Source of the DNA: Epiperipatus broadwayi
Taxonomy: Eukaryota; Animalia; Onychophora
Length of the DNA: 64,000 nt
Assembly (NCBI GenBank): GCA_028023455.1
Contig: JAQFVV010000007.1
Coordinates: 14,384,001-14,448,000, forward strand
Reading direction: 5' to 3'
Shown here: positions 14,140 through 27,864 of the stretch, piece by piece
How positions within the stretch are numbered: position 1 is the stretch's first letter
How the letters are laid out: each line of letters starts with the position of its first letter
Notes under the pieces: model-generated
The model's database searches: none
The model's input: only the letters and a program-made list of their open reading frames with translations
Told to the model about the DNA's origin: nothing
Program-made: the position numbers and the translations under genes

Positions 14140-14449
14140 CCTCAAAATAAAATAGCGTTTAAAACATTGGCTAAATGATTACATTATAGGCTAAGCTTAG
14201 ATGGTTATAAATGCTACATGTCCCAGTAATAAGAGCAGGAGTAAATAATAATAATAAACTTTACTAAGATGAAGACAGTATATTAGCAAATTAAGAGAAG
14301 GAGATTTCCTATACTCTGTTTTATAAAGTATAATGGGTCTCAATACTGAAAGCAGATGTCATCAAAGGTTAAGTTATTTAAGAATTCTTCTTTTTACATC
14401 ACATCTTCTTACTACAACACATCTTACAATTATAATAAGCAACTTATAG

Positions 14450-15220
14450 ACATGATCAGATTTATTATTGAACTATTTTATGAGATACAAAAAGGTGTTC
14501 TTATATATTTGCCACATTCATTTCTTCTTTAAAGTAATTTACTCTTAAATCAAATAATTTCTTCAATAATCTTGTATATATAAAAAAATGGGCACCTCAG
14601 AATTAATATTACTAATATTTAATAACTATAAACGTTATTCTTTCCTTTTAATTTTTGAGAATTATTAACAAAGAATGAGATTCTAGTAACAAAACAGTGA
14701 GACATACTTTTATCCCTAAGATAATTTCTTCCCAGTTACAATAATAATAATTTAAAAATTTAAAACAAACATGATAAACTCTTAGTTTTGAATAAAATAA
14801 TTTATTAGGAAAGCTTTCAGATATAATGAGTGGATAAGGGATTTTATCACCACTTAATTCTTACACAAATAAATCCTTAAAATAATTTCTAAGATTTGAA
14901 CAAAATGATACTATCATTTGAGTTTATGATGGATCAGTAAAGTAATAATAAAACAAAGTAATTGCAAAAACAAGCACAGGGATATTTCACCCACCAACTA
15001 CACCATAGTGTGTAGAGATAAAAACGACCATAGGCATAAAGTTAAAGAGGCCTACTTTATAAATAATGATATTAATTCTATAAATAGGAAGAACACCTAT
15101 TTCACCACTTCAAAAATATGGACAAATTAATCATTATCACTGACTGCACTTAGCTATGAATATGAAGTCAAAGAACTTCAAAAGCACTTAGGGTATATAA
15201 ACTTATAAACAAAATTAAAC
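14450..15220 (+). mobile_element. Decayed Penelope-like element (RT remnant plus GIY-YIG C-terminus), family G
   Basis: 14975-15130 translates HRDISPTNYTIVCRDKNDHRHKVKEAYFINNDINSINRKNTYFTTSKIWTN*, matching the PLE endonuclease tail pattern R-K-x-KEAxxI..INR..IW. FYEIQKGV near 14477 resembles the PLE RT FYxQxxG motif. Confidence 0.6.
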
Positions 15221-16653
15221 TTCTCTAACAAGTGCATTAGCACAGAATTATTAGTATTAAATATGATTGATTAATGTCATCTTGAATCATGAATAAACAA
15301 TTATAATTATTCTATTAAATCATCACTTTCTTAAATGCTTACTTAGCATCTTTCATGCAATTTCAATAAAGTGACTCTTATGTCAATTTTTTAAATATCC
15401 ATAGACTCTCAATGTGTAAAATTAAAAACAAGTTATGATAAGATACTATTCAGATTTCTGAAGGTGTTTGGATATTGATGAAAAACCAAGAAAATGAAGT
15501 AACAATAATATAACATTTATTTTTGACATTAAAACATATAACAAATAATGACTTTGTTGTTATCACCAAGACAAGTCTTTTCCAGATATATTAAGAAAAA
15601 CTTTAAGATGTCAAAAAAATGTGGTTTACAATTTTATCATAAATTAAAAAAAATAAAATAAATTACTAAATAAAATGGATGAGTAATAAAACATCTATAA
15701 TCCTGATATTTGAACAAGTTTTCACACATATACAGGACAGACTTGCTATTACAGTGTCCCTTATAAAAGTATTTAATACCTTTTATAAACCATAAACTTA
15801 CCAATCCAGTAATGAAATGGCTGTTGAAGAAGATGTATAATATTTATTGGAGGCATATACAATTTTAGACTTTTAAGATTAAACATTTATTGGATTTACA
15901 TCTTGAAGTGCTTGTAATGCACAACCACAGGGACTACACATCAAACAAAACAATCTACACTCAGATATATTAAGATTACAAGAGGAGGTAAGGGTGGTGT
16001 TCCTCATGACATATGAAAAACATATCAATTCCCAGAATAAGGTTATGTTGATACACAACACATAGTTTTATACAAAGATGTTCTACAAACAAGATCCACA
16101 TTTTGCAATAATAAGGTAAAGGCAAAGTAAAATAATGGCATAAACTCAAATAGAAAATGCATCTAAGTCTTAGGGCAATGAATGAACTAGGACTTAATCT
16201 TCAGTCATAGAAATAATGAGAATAAGCCATCAGAAAACAACAATAATAAATGGGATTTGATTTAAATAAAGCATTATTTGCTTACATACAATAAAAAGCA
16301 ATGTAATTCATTGAAACAGATACGATAATTATATAAAAGAAAGGCTAAGTCTAAATCTCTATCAAAATACACTGACAACATAAGAGAGAGAGAGACACAG
16401 CTACACATGTCAAAATTGCAGTAAACCATGCAGAGTTTCAACACTATTAAGCACAAACTGCCCATGATAAACCTTACCAATTATTTTTAAAAAGATATTA
16501 TTTTTTTAGATTGAATCAATTTTGAACTGTTCAATTTCAACACCAGGCTAAACTGTTCAGGATAAAATAAGTCTCAAATAATAAAATGAAAAGTTAACTA
16601 AAGATTGGTATCTGCTATTTTTAAATCATATTAGTCATTCTAACTCCCAACAA

Positions 16654-16823
<170 letters not shown>

Positions 16824-19756
16824 GACAAAAAATAAACAATACTAAAAACTAAAGATGAATATTCTTAAAAAGCAAGAGAGAGAGAATGACAGTGCTATCT
16901 CTTAAATAAATATAACACCTAACTGAAATGTAAAACTGGTAAATGAATAACTAATGCTAAATATAGCTTAATAAAATAATGGCATAAAATAAGCAATAAA
17001 AATGTGCATCAGCTTTTACAATTCAAAATGAATAACTTCATAAGAATGGCACACATAACACATTTAAAATATAGCATTAAATAATAATATTCTGAGAACT
17101 TTGACAATATGATTTAAAAATAACATATAAAATTATACAGAATAAAAATGCATAATACCATTTTAAACAAAATTATGAATAGTTATACTTAAAAACAAAA
17201 CCCTTTTACCAATCATAAATAAAATAAATTCCTTCAACCTGAGTCCTATCATTTGATAATATACAGTCATTGAAAAATAAAGTTCTAAAGATATGGCAGA
17301 CATCCATATTATTGTAATACAGCATAATTATGTTACATGAACAGTACTTTATACATTAAAATTAAGAACAAAATATTTGAAAATGCTGGCAGGAATATGT
17401 ATGACCATTTAAGTAGATTCAAATATTTTATGGATAAAATGACAAGAAATGATATATATTTCATAGACTAATATAATATTATTTTAACTTTTTTTATCAT
17501 TTGAAAATACTTCTATTAATGATAAGCAAGAAGAGTAATTTTTTCTTAAAATATCACAATTTGTAATAGAGCAAATTTCCAATAATAGTGATAAAAATAT
17601 TTTTTTCATAATTGAAGGATAAGTTCATTATAAACTTGATATTCAGAAGCATTCACATCATTAACTATATGTAAAAAATAATATTTCTGGCTGTCAATAA
17701 AAAAAATAGAAATTTTGAAGTAATAATTATAAATTCCAACAGAAATTTTCAATTAATAGAAGATAATAAATTTTACAAAATAACAAAGTCAATTATTTCA
17801 TTTTCAATGTGTGAATAAAAATACATTTCCTTGCTTTAGCTTGAAATATACATAACAAATATAGTTTAGCAAGTAAAATTATTTCCATGCTGTCGCTACA
17901 AACAATAATAAATATCAGTCAAATACTAGCATAACTAACTATGTGACTAAATAATAATTAAGTTTAATAAATTAAGCATTTGATCATTAAATGTAAGTAT
18001 AACATCAGGTAAAATATTTCTAAAATACATTATTATAATGCAAGTTCTACTAATTACAATTTAAAGTTCTTCATTTTAAATGGACTAAAATTCAAATAAA
18101 ACCTTGTTTTGAAAAGATAATAACTTTACAAAAAACATTTTGAAATAAATATGTTTTAAAGCAATTAAATAATTCAAAGTCATTATCAATATTAATAATT
18201 TTGGCAAATATTATATTTAACTTGAATTATCAGCTGGTTATGATATGAATAATAGAATTAATGAAAGTTTTTACTTAATAGGTATAGCAATATTGCTTTA
18301 TTCTCGATGAAGTGCAAAATTCAAATAAAAATGATTTACACATTTTTGAATATTTGATTTACTTTTTCATATTGCTTTTCATGTAATGTAAATCTTAAGC
18401 ACTTGAAGTTATCAGTTTAAAAGTTGAATCTGGATAAAGTTTGTTTTAACAACTCACTATTTTAACTTTAAAAAAACAATATTAATTAAAAAAACATAGT
18501 TAAAATTAGCAAATTAAAACAATTGAGTGATTGGAAATAAGTGTGAACAAGCAAGCAAGAGAATGTGTGAGTCTATTCATCAACTCTTTATAAGGTAAGT
18601 CATATAACCACATTTGATGAGTGAAATTGACATTTTAATTTAATCCCACTTGACTGCAGTGATTACAGTTCAAAATTTATTAAAATTCTAAGAAAGTTTC
18701 TAAAAATAAACTAATCTGCACATTATGTCTAGACAGTTAAATAATTATTACATTTTATTTAAAACAAATTATTTAAAAAACTAAAAATATTATAATCGAA
18801 ATGAAAAATATTAAACAATGAAAATTACATTATTTTTAAACAGCATATTACTTATAATATTTTACTTTAAAGACATTTTCTTAAATTTATTGAAGAACCC
18901 AAAATATTTTAAACTATATTTTTAAAATAAAAATATTAAAGAATAAATTTTCATTAAATTAACAAGGATTTTTTTTCTTTTAAGAAATTACAGTTTTAGT
19001 GTGCAAGCATATGCACACACATTATTACATTTTTTTCTTTTAAAATATTAGCTTTATTATTACATCTTTAACTAATTAAATCTGGAATTATTTAATTAAA
19101 ATATTTTGATACTATAATTAAGAATAATAAGGCACTTTTACAATTAATTTATTTATACATGAGCAAGATAGCTTTAAGGGCTTAAAATTGACTTTCAAGT
19201 CTACACTAATATTGAAGTTATAAAACACTAATAATTAAACTAAGATTATTTTAATCTTATTCTTTTACTGTTAAATTACTTAACACTTTAGATTACAAAT
19301 AACCCTAAAACTAAGGATTTAAAGGTAGAAAGAAATACTTATGGGATTTAAAATATCATAAACTAGGTTATTAAATTTACTTTTAAAGTCATAAAAGTTA
19401 CAAAAATTCTTATAAATTGGTTTGTCATGTAGCTAAACACTGGACTATTAATAAGCAGTAACAAGATTTATTTAACATAAGTTAAAATAAAACTTAATTA
19501 TTATAATGGCCAAATAGCCAATACAATTTATTTGTCCATGATATTGTAGAAATACATAAATAAATAATCAATCAAAATAAGATTGACATAAACAATTATT
19601 AATAATTATATTATAACATTTATTGAACTAACTTTTATCAATGGAGAAAAAAATTGATAAATATTATAATATAGTTATTAATAGTTATTTATTTCAATCT
19701 TGTTTTGATTGATTATTTATTAATATACAAATTAACATTTATTTTCAATAGAAAAG

Positions 19757-19870
19757 CTAAACATTACAATATATATATGGGATTATTAATAGAGGTGGGA
19801 TTCCACCTTTATTGCTAAAAGGAGGTTGCCTTGACAACAATTTAAAATTCTTGATTGTTGTTGTAATGGA
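19757..19870 (-). repeat. Family B fragment
   Basis: CACCTTTATTGCTAAAAGGAGGTTGCCTTGACAAC is the reverse complement of the family B core. Confidence 0.75.
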
Positions 19871-20639
19871 ATACATATATGCCACTACATTACTTTCAAA
19901 TAAAAGTGAAAAATATCTATAAATAAAATCATCCTCAAGTAGAAGTATATGTAACAAAAAATTATTTAATAATTTTATTTAAATTAATATATACATAAAG
20001 CACAGATGGCAAGTTAATTATATAATTATTTCAAGTTAAAAATCTAAAAGCAAGATGGATTTTAGTTACTAATTTATTAAGTGCATACTCATTACATAAA
20101 TAATATATATTAATTAACTCTTTTAAAGAAAAATATGATTCAACTCGAACATGGCTTTAACTCACTTTTTGTTATTGTAACAAATTTACATTTATTTTAA
20201 AGCTTAAAAAGTACCATAAGATGTTGCCCTCTCTAAAATTATTTTACAAGTAAAAAATCAATAATATTTAAATTTTATGTTATAACAATGGCAGAAGGCA
20301 AGCTTTGCTAGATGTAGTTGATTCTCATTTTGAAGAATACAGTGCACCTGTCAATACCTTTTCATGGATGAATATATTTTTAATGCTGATTCTGTAATTG
20401 ACCAATGAAAAAATTAGAGTTTTAACTCACTTGTCTGACTGGAGTTTGTATATCTATAAGATTATGGCAGAGGCCCCTACTGTCACATCTAAATGCATGG
20501 TCTTAAGGTTATAGCCTTGATATATATTACTTGTGGATTTTAATAGAAAAAATAGAAAAAAAATCTGTTAATTTGTTAAAGTTGAAAGTTATTTTTAATC
20601 TTAGAATAGAAATGATTTTCTATAATGATGTAATGGCAA

Positions 20640-20960
20640 CCAGGCCATTGGGCATAAAGTTAGATAGGAGATAAATTAAAAAAATACTAGTGATAAAATT
20701 TTGAGTTCCTGCTCTATAGCAAGCTGGCCAATAACAATGAAAATAAACACCTGGTCTGCAGAGAAAAGGCTTGATAGACATAAGAACATGTAAATACATG
20801 ATCAATCCTGAAATTACATTTTCCATATTTGCTCCAGCTAAAGCAGTCTCCAGAATGATGATTTCTGGAAACTGGCCAGAAACAGATTCATCTCCACCTA
20901 GGACAATATCAATATGGGATGGAATGAACTGCAACCATAGTTGTGTGACATACTAAGCAC
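20640..20960 (-). mobile_element. Decayed apurinic-endonuclease fragment of an L1/Tx1-like LINE
   Basis: Minus strand IVLGGD (20907-20890; cf. IxLGGDFN), then in another frame FSWSKYGKCNFRIDHVF (20842-20792; cf. FTW..RIDxxF). Spacing implies an internal deletion. Confidence 0.45.
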
Positions 20961-21199
20961 AAAAATGACAGTCTTCAATATATCTACACTTTTGGCAAGT
21001 ATGAACTTTTGCTTTAAATGAACATTAATTTTATAATACAAACTTTTCCAAGTAGTAATTTTAAACAACACTTAATTTTTAAAAGAAATATTTTATCAGA
21101 TTAAAATTTTAAATTATTTATTATATTTTTCTATATGTGTTTAATATCATTTTCATTCTCATAAATTTCTTTAAATTAGTTATTTGAAAATAGGGAATG

Positions 21200-21850
21200 G
21201 CTTTTTTTAATCACTTTTTTTCCAAATTTTTTTTTTTTTTTTTTTATTCTTTTTTTTTTTTTTTTTATATTTTATTTTTTTTTTTTTTAAATTTAAAGGA
21301 ATATTTATATTTTAAATTAAATTTATCCCTTTTAATATTAAAATTTATTTTTTTTTTTTTTTATTTTTTTTTATATTTTTTTTTTTTTATTTTTTTTTTT
21401 TAAATATTTATAAATTTAAAATAACATTTTTTTTACCACCCTCCTTTTTCTCTTTTCATCGGTTTTTTTTTTTTTTTTTTTATTTTTTTTATTAAAAAAA
21501 AAAAAAAAAATAAATTTATTTTATTATATAATAAATAATATTTTTTAAATATTATAATAAAATAAAAAAAAATAAAAAAAAAAAAAGAGAGAAAAAAAAA
21601 AAAGAAGAAAGAAAAATATACAAAAAAAAAAAAAACAACAAAAAAAAAAAAGAAAAAACCACAAAACAAAATAACAGAAAATTTTGAAAATTAAAATTGT
21701 AAAAAATTAGTAGAAAAAAAATATAAGAGAGGTAAAAAGAGGTGATTAAAAGTGAAAATTTTTTTTTTATACAAAAAAAAAAAAAGGTTGCTTTTCTCAA
21801 TAATATATAATTAAAATTTTGTGTATTTTGTTTGAAAAAAAAAAAGTTAT
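21200..21850. other. Low-complexity T-rich then A-rich block (loose palindrome); possible poor-consensus region
   Basis: Long broken homopolymers. TTTTAATCAC (~21205) mirrors GTGATTAAAA (~21742). Confidence 0.6.
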
Positions 21851-21919
21851 TGATTTATAATATTATATATATTAAACTTAATAACAAGGCTTGATAGACA
21901 TTTTATGTAAATACATGAT

Positions 21920-22548
21920 AACAGTCAACACTTAAACAATGCCAATATCATTAACAATCGACAATCTCAATCTGTTACCAAGGCTACCTCCTTTAATCAA
22001 TAAAGGTGAAAATTCACTTTTCTCTATGATCTAATGGGTTTATATAAATACTAAAGATTGCAATTTGACTACAGGAATAAAATTATTAATTCAAAGTAGT
22101 TTAAATAAACATCATTAAACAGGTAGATATAATCTGTTCTGAAATCAGATTAACAAATAGTCAATTAAAACATTCAACTTATAAGTATAACTTTCCAATT
22201 GTATTTTAACTATGCATTACTTATATAATAAACCTAATAATATGCTCAAGATTTGATAGATATTTAGTATAAATACATGAAAGCAGTTAACACTTAATCA
22301 ATATCATTAAGAATCAAAAATGTCAGACTATTGTCAAGGCAACTTCCTTTAATCAATAAAGATTAAAATCCATAGTTATCTATGGCTTAATAGTCTTATA
22401 TAGATACTAAGCAATTTCATGTCTATATCAATCTGTTAAACAATAGATAAAGGTGGATTTCCACCATTATTGATTAAAGAAGGTTGCCTGAGAACATATT
22501 GAGATTGTTGATTGTTAATAATATTGATATTGTTTAAGTGTTGGCTGC
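21920..22548. repeat. Family B cluster: tandem copies (+, ~21920 and ~22281) followed by an inverted copy (-, ~22430-22548)
   Basis: The GTCAAGGCAAC..TTTAATCAATAAAG core is seen twice on + and as CCACCATTATTGATTAAAGAAGGTTGCC on -. Confidence 0.8.
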
Positions 22549-22583
22549 TTTCAAGTATATATATATATATATATATATATATA

Positions 22584-23300
22584 AGTATAGAAGATTTGAA
22601 CTCAGATTTTCAAGCACCCTTCAACTATCCACAATATCTCACACAACTGATACACATGACCACACACATGTAGAAAAGATTAATAATCACCAATATATGT
22701 ATTTCATGCTAAACCAGCACTCATCAGTTGGTCCAGATTATCATCTCCCACACACATATATATAATCAATGCTCAGTTTATATTAAGATAGAAAATCTTC
22801 ATACTTTAATGGACAGGCTTCAATCTACTGCAACCTCCAACTTTTCAGCCATCCATATCATTGAAAATCTGATGATGAAAACTCAAATCCCATGCTGATG
22901 CTAATATTATTGCCATGCCCATGTTGACCTGAAGTCACTCTGACCCCTCATGTATAAGACAGTATCCATTAAATACATATAAGAAGGATGGACAGGATAC
23001 AAGCTTAATATATAAATATTTGAAAACCAGGCACTCTTCATAAACCTGGGAGCTTAATTGTAAGTATAGAGGATTTGAACTCAGATTTTCAAGCACCCTT
23101 CAACTATCCACACTATCTCATACAACTGATACACATGACCACACATATGTAGAAAAGATTAATAATCACCAATATATGTATTTCATGTGTATCAGTTGTA
23201 TGAGATAGGGTGGATAGTTGAAGGGTGCTTGAAAATCTGAGTTCAAATCCTCTATACTTACAATTAAGCTCTTAGGTTTGTGAAGAGTGCCTTGTTTTCA
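22584..23300. mobile_element. Family C (PLE 3' end / pseudo-LTR): full unit, partial second unit, then inverted copy
   Basis: GATTTGAACTCAGATTTTCAAGCACCCTTCAACTATCC at ~22591 and ~23072, and its reverse complement at ~23204-23242. Encodes LNQHSSVGPDYHLPHTY, which resembles the PLE GIY-YIG tail LNRDxGxxLPxxY. CTGATGA at 22869. Confidence 0.65.
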
Positions 23301-25501
23301 TATATATATATATACTCTTGACAGTGCTTAAAATTAAGCAATAGGATATCAGCAATATGTTATTACAGCAACACTTTTATTTAGTATCTGAGTGTTGCCT
23401 TGACTATATAGATTACTGATATTCTATTCTTAATTTTAAGCTTTGACTGGGTGATGTAATTTATATATGATATATAAATGCATTTATTCTTGTATATATT
23501 TATATATTGAATTCATCATGTGAAGACTAGATTTATTTTTTTTTAAATAAAAATGTATTTCATTATGTTTCAGTTTTTTGTGCACATATATTTGTTATAT
23601 TGATAAAATATCAAATAAAAAACTGTCATTGATTTAAAATTTAATTTACTAATAGTAATTATAATTTTTAAAAACTTTTGTGATGAAACAATAGAAAAAT
23701 CTTTAAAAGCACCCACACACTTCCTAATGCATTATCCATATAGCTTTATTTAAGTTTTTATGATCATTTTCACTGCCTACCACTTTTCTACAGATCTTGT
23801 AATAATTTTTTTCTTAAAAAGTGACATTCTGCCTCATTCACTTTTCACAATGCATTATCTAATTTCATTTGACAGTTTCAATTGCTTAACAGTTTACCCC
23901 AAATGCTTTAGTTAAGTTCTTATAATTGTTTTGACTGTTATTAGATTTTTTTATATCTTAAAAAAATTGGAGTTTGTTATGAGATCTGATAAAGACTTGT
24001 TAAACAATTGAAACTGTCATAAGACAGAAAACATTGTTAAAATTTCAATAATTGAATGTGGAATTTAAAGGTTTAATATAAGGAATGCAATAACAATGGA
24101 AGAAATTTTTAACATCTTAAATCAATACATCTAGATATTGTGACTATGACCTGAATTCAACTCTTATTGAGTAATCTTAAATTATTTTTAACAGTTTATT
24201 TTATAGTAAGGGAGAAGCTAACTAAATAATCATCTAATGTTGATTAGTGAGTATAACTATTTTTAAAGAAAAAATAAAACTAGGATGGCTAGCCCTCACA
24301 TCCTCACACCCAGAATTGAATTAATATGGTCAGTACAGTTTTCTTCTCTACTGTTTTTTATGAAGAGATATTGGAGAGATAGTGTTTCATGATCTTGCTC
24401 CTCTTTATTATCTCTTTTCTGTAATACTATCACTTTTGTTTCATTGTTGTGTAAAGCAATGGTCTCGTTAATTGATTAATTTGCTGTTTACTCCTTTTTA
24501 AACACATTGAATAATTGGATCAATAAAAAACATCATTCAAAAGCCTAAAAATTTTTAATAATCCTCAATGCTTTCTTTTTTTTTTTTTTAGAATTACATC
24601 TTAAATATTTAGCACACTGTAATATTTTTATTCTGTATAAATTCAAAAAATATTTGTTTTAATAATAGAAACAGCATATTCAAAAAATTGTAGGCAATAT
24701 AACTAGAAAATTTGAAAAAAAATGCTTCATTTATCAGCACCAACACATAAGAAATCACTTATGTCAATCTTTTAGATTGTTGCTCTATTTATTAAAATTT
24801 TACAATGAATATGTAATAAGAAAGTCAGATTGATCAATGACAAATATTGGTTTAAGATTATTTAAGAAGTCCTACACATCTTTAAATATATATGCCCTTT
24901 TTGATTTAATGCAGTGTTAAATTGGTAAACTCTGACAGCCACTGTCCATGGATTGTGGCTCCAGTTCTCTTATTTTTGATCCTTGAACTTCCCATGTGTT
25001 TCCAAGTAATATGTCATTTAATTATTAATTTATATACTTATTCATACAGATTAAAATGGAGAAGCCTTAAGAAGCTTATTAGAAACCTTTTTCAAAAATG
25101 CATAAAAAGTAGGGGTGAAATGGTTTTCATATCACATTTATACTCATATGAAGATTACTATGAAGTGAAAATCAGTTTATTTTAATCCACAATGAATTAT
25201 AAAAGTTACTTGGATCATTCATCAACATCAAATGTCAAAGATTTATCAACCAGGCTGACATATCTAGAGATTTTTAGAATGTAAGAACATTTCTAGGAAG
25301 ATGGATATTAAAGAAAAAGCTTCTATGTACTAATGTTTTTTTAATTAATCCACTCACTAGTGAAGATATATAAGATTATAGAAGATGAATGAGTTGGTGC
25401 ATGATTAAGTTAAACACAACCTTTACTTGAAGAATAAACAACATAATTGATCATGTTTTAAAAAAAATATAATTTATTAGTAAAATATATAATGGGCCTA
25501 T

Positions 25502-25714
25502 AAGCATCTCATGATCACCATTTTTTATGCTTACTCACAACTGTTATTAAAACAGGCAAAACTCTCTACATGAAAGCCACAAGCCAAAATCTAGTCGGGG
25601 GATATTGGATGAGTAGGCACTAGATGGGGATTTTATGCACGAGCTTTCTGGAATTCATTGATTACTCAGTCTTACATTGAGTGGCAATACGTATAGAGAG
25701 TTTTGCCTGTTTTA
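25502..25714. mobile_element. Family A micro-insertion (inverted tail plus forward hammerhead part) with 15 bp TSD
   Basis: Identical ATATAATGGGCCTAT at 25487-25501 and 25715-25729. The interior matches the 39.1-40.1 kb repeat in both orientations. Confidence 0.75.
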
Positions 25715-26439
25715 ATATAATGGGCCTATTGCTTGATGCTATCATAAGCTGTGAGTTGGGTGAACATCATCATTACAATAGTTAATTAACTATTGAGTGG
25801 GCAGCAATTCCGCTCCAGTAAAAGAGCACTCTGAAAATGTACTATTTCTGTCATTATCTAAAAAGCAATATTAAAGATTATTAATATAATAAATTGAGTT
25901 TACAAAGTATTTATTAATTTATTTTATTTCTGTGTGATCTTTAAAAGGAAAGGCAAAAACTTTGCTGGTAGTATGATTATTGCTTCAATAATTGTTATGA
26001 TTAGCACAATTATTTTAAGTTTACTTTATAAGTATTTTGAATGTTAGAACCATTTGTTGCAATAAAAAAAACACTGTCAAAAATTTGGAAATTAAACCTT
26101 TCCATTTGGTATGTTTGCATTCTTTTCTGAGTTATTTCATACTGATATTCTTCTATTTGTTACACTTATAATATTTATGTTTGATTTTTTTTTCTTTGCT
26201 AATTTGGTGGAAAGATATCTAAAAGTTTAGGCTACCTTTAATTATCTACTTAGAAATTATTTTTTTATTCTGACATACTTTTATTAAAGATTTTTTAAAT
26301 TTATTTTTATTTTTACAATTAAATAATCTTACTGGCTTTTACACATTCATACGATTTAAATTATTTTTATAAGGTTTTAATAGTGTAATATTTTAGCACC
26401 AGTTTTTATTATTTTGAAGGTGTGAGGTGACATTCGCTA

Positions 26440-26590
26440 GGCATTACATGAGATGGAGCAGATTGTGGGAAAACTTAGAGTGGAGAATGGAAAGGGAAGG
26501 TTAAGTGGCTAACAGGTTTCTCTGGGCATAGTTGCTGAGAGATTTCTTACTTTGTATAAGGAGAAGTCACAGTGCATCACATCACATTAC
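26440..26590 (+). mobile_element. Dispersed repeat family H, SINE/LINE 3'-end-like with (CATCA)n tail
   Basis: GATGGAGCAGATT..GGGAAAACTTAG..TTTCTCTGGGCATAGTTGCTGAGAGATT..ATAAGGAGAAGTCA..GCATCACATCACAT. A second copy lies on the minus strand at the window end. Confidence 0.7.
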
Positions 26591-27864
26591 AAGAATGCTT
26601 TTCCATGATGCAATTAACGACTACATATTTTATTAAAAATGGTTGTGATAATAAATTCAATTCACGTCAAATGTATGAAACAAAACTAACAAAAAAATGT
26701 TATTAATGTGCTATTATTTTTTCACCAAAACTTTGAGTATATTATTAATGTCAACAAGAATTTAGTTTGTGTATGTGTGAAGCTGTGAATAAAATGCTTT
26801 CATTGCTAAAAATTTTGTTACATATTAATTTAGGATACCAATTGGTCTACAAAAGATAGATAATAGAATGGCTCTCAGAGATGAGTGTCAATTGTATCTT
26901 CCTCTATTTTATGGGATAAGATGTTGATCCATCATACTTTCTTTTTTTATTCCATTTTATTTTTCTGTTTTCAAATCCCTAACATTTTATTATCGCAAGT
27001 TATTTGTAGTAAGAAATTATTATGTTTGAGCAGTTATATTTTTATTTTTTATACAGAGAGGTTCTTGCAATACTTTAATTATTTGTTTTTGTCTTTTATC
27101 ATTTTTTTTCTTGGAGTAAAAATGGTCATACTGCTTACAATAGATTACCAGAGCTGTTTTTTTTAATGTAAGCTAATGATAACTGTCAATTTAACACAAT
27201 TGACACTATCTTGAATAACACGATCCTGAATAATTTTTTCAATATCAATTTATACAATTCCTTCCATTATATTAGAAATTTCCATTAAAAACATTGGAAT
27301 TAGAATAATACTTTAGATTATTTAACAATACTAAAGAAATGATGAAGACATTTATAAGAGATTGAGATCTAGACCAACTGATAAATGGTAATTCTGAATG
27401 AAATGCATGCCTTGTTAAACATTTGTATTTTTTACATCTTTGCTCATATGTTTCAGGAATGCATGATGAAATAGAAGTTTGAAATATATCCATAAAATAT
27501 GTATTCAAAGTTAAATTTAAACATATCCAAAAGTGTATATATAAAATTAAATTATTCTGTGTTCATGTCTCATTCAAATGTGAAGTGTGGGTGTTGCAAA
27601 ATGTATTCATAGTGATAAGGAGTAGGTGTGATTGTTTGTGTTCATAGATGGTAGCAATATGATAGACCCAAAGTGAAAGATATACTGATAAAACTTGAAA
27701 ATATATAATTTATATTAAAACAAAAGTAAATATATCTAAGTTTACTCACTAACTCTACAGTTTCAGCATGTTTCTGATATTATATATTGTGAAGATCTCT
27801 GTGTCCTTTTTTGTCAAGTTATTAATTGATTAGGACATTTTAACTTACAATAAGTTATTTAATA

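Noticed and set aside
15879-16061. Cys-rich ORF (CLMCSPCGCAL), vaguely PLAC8-like
   Set aside because: No splice context or further motif support.
20384-20404. 21 bp exact match to 59423-59443 with weaker flanking similarity
   Set aside because: Probably an old dispersed repeat; too short to classify.
21197-21800. Phe-rich ORFs
   Set aside because: Translations of homopolymer-rich low-complexity sequence.
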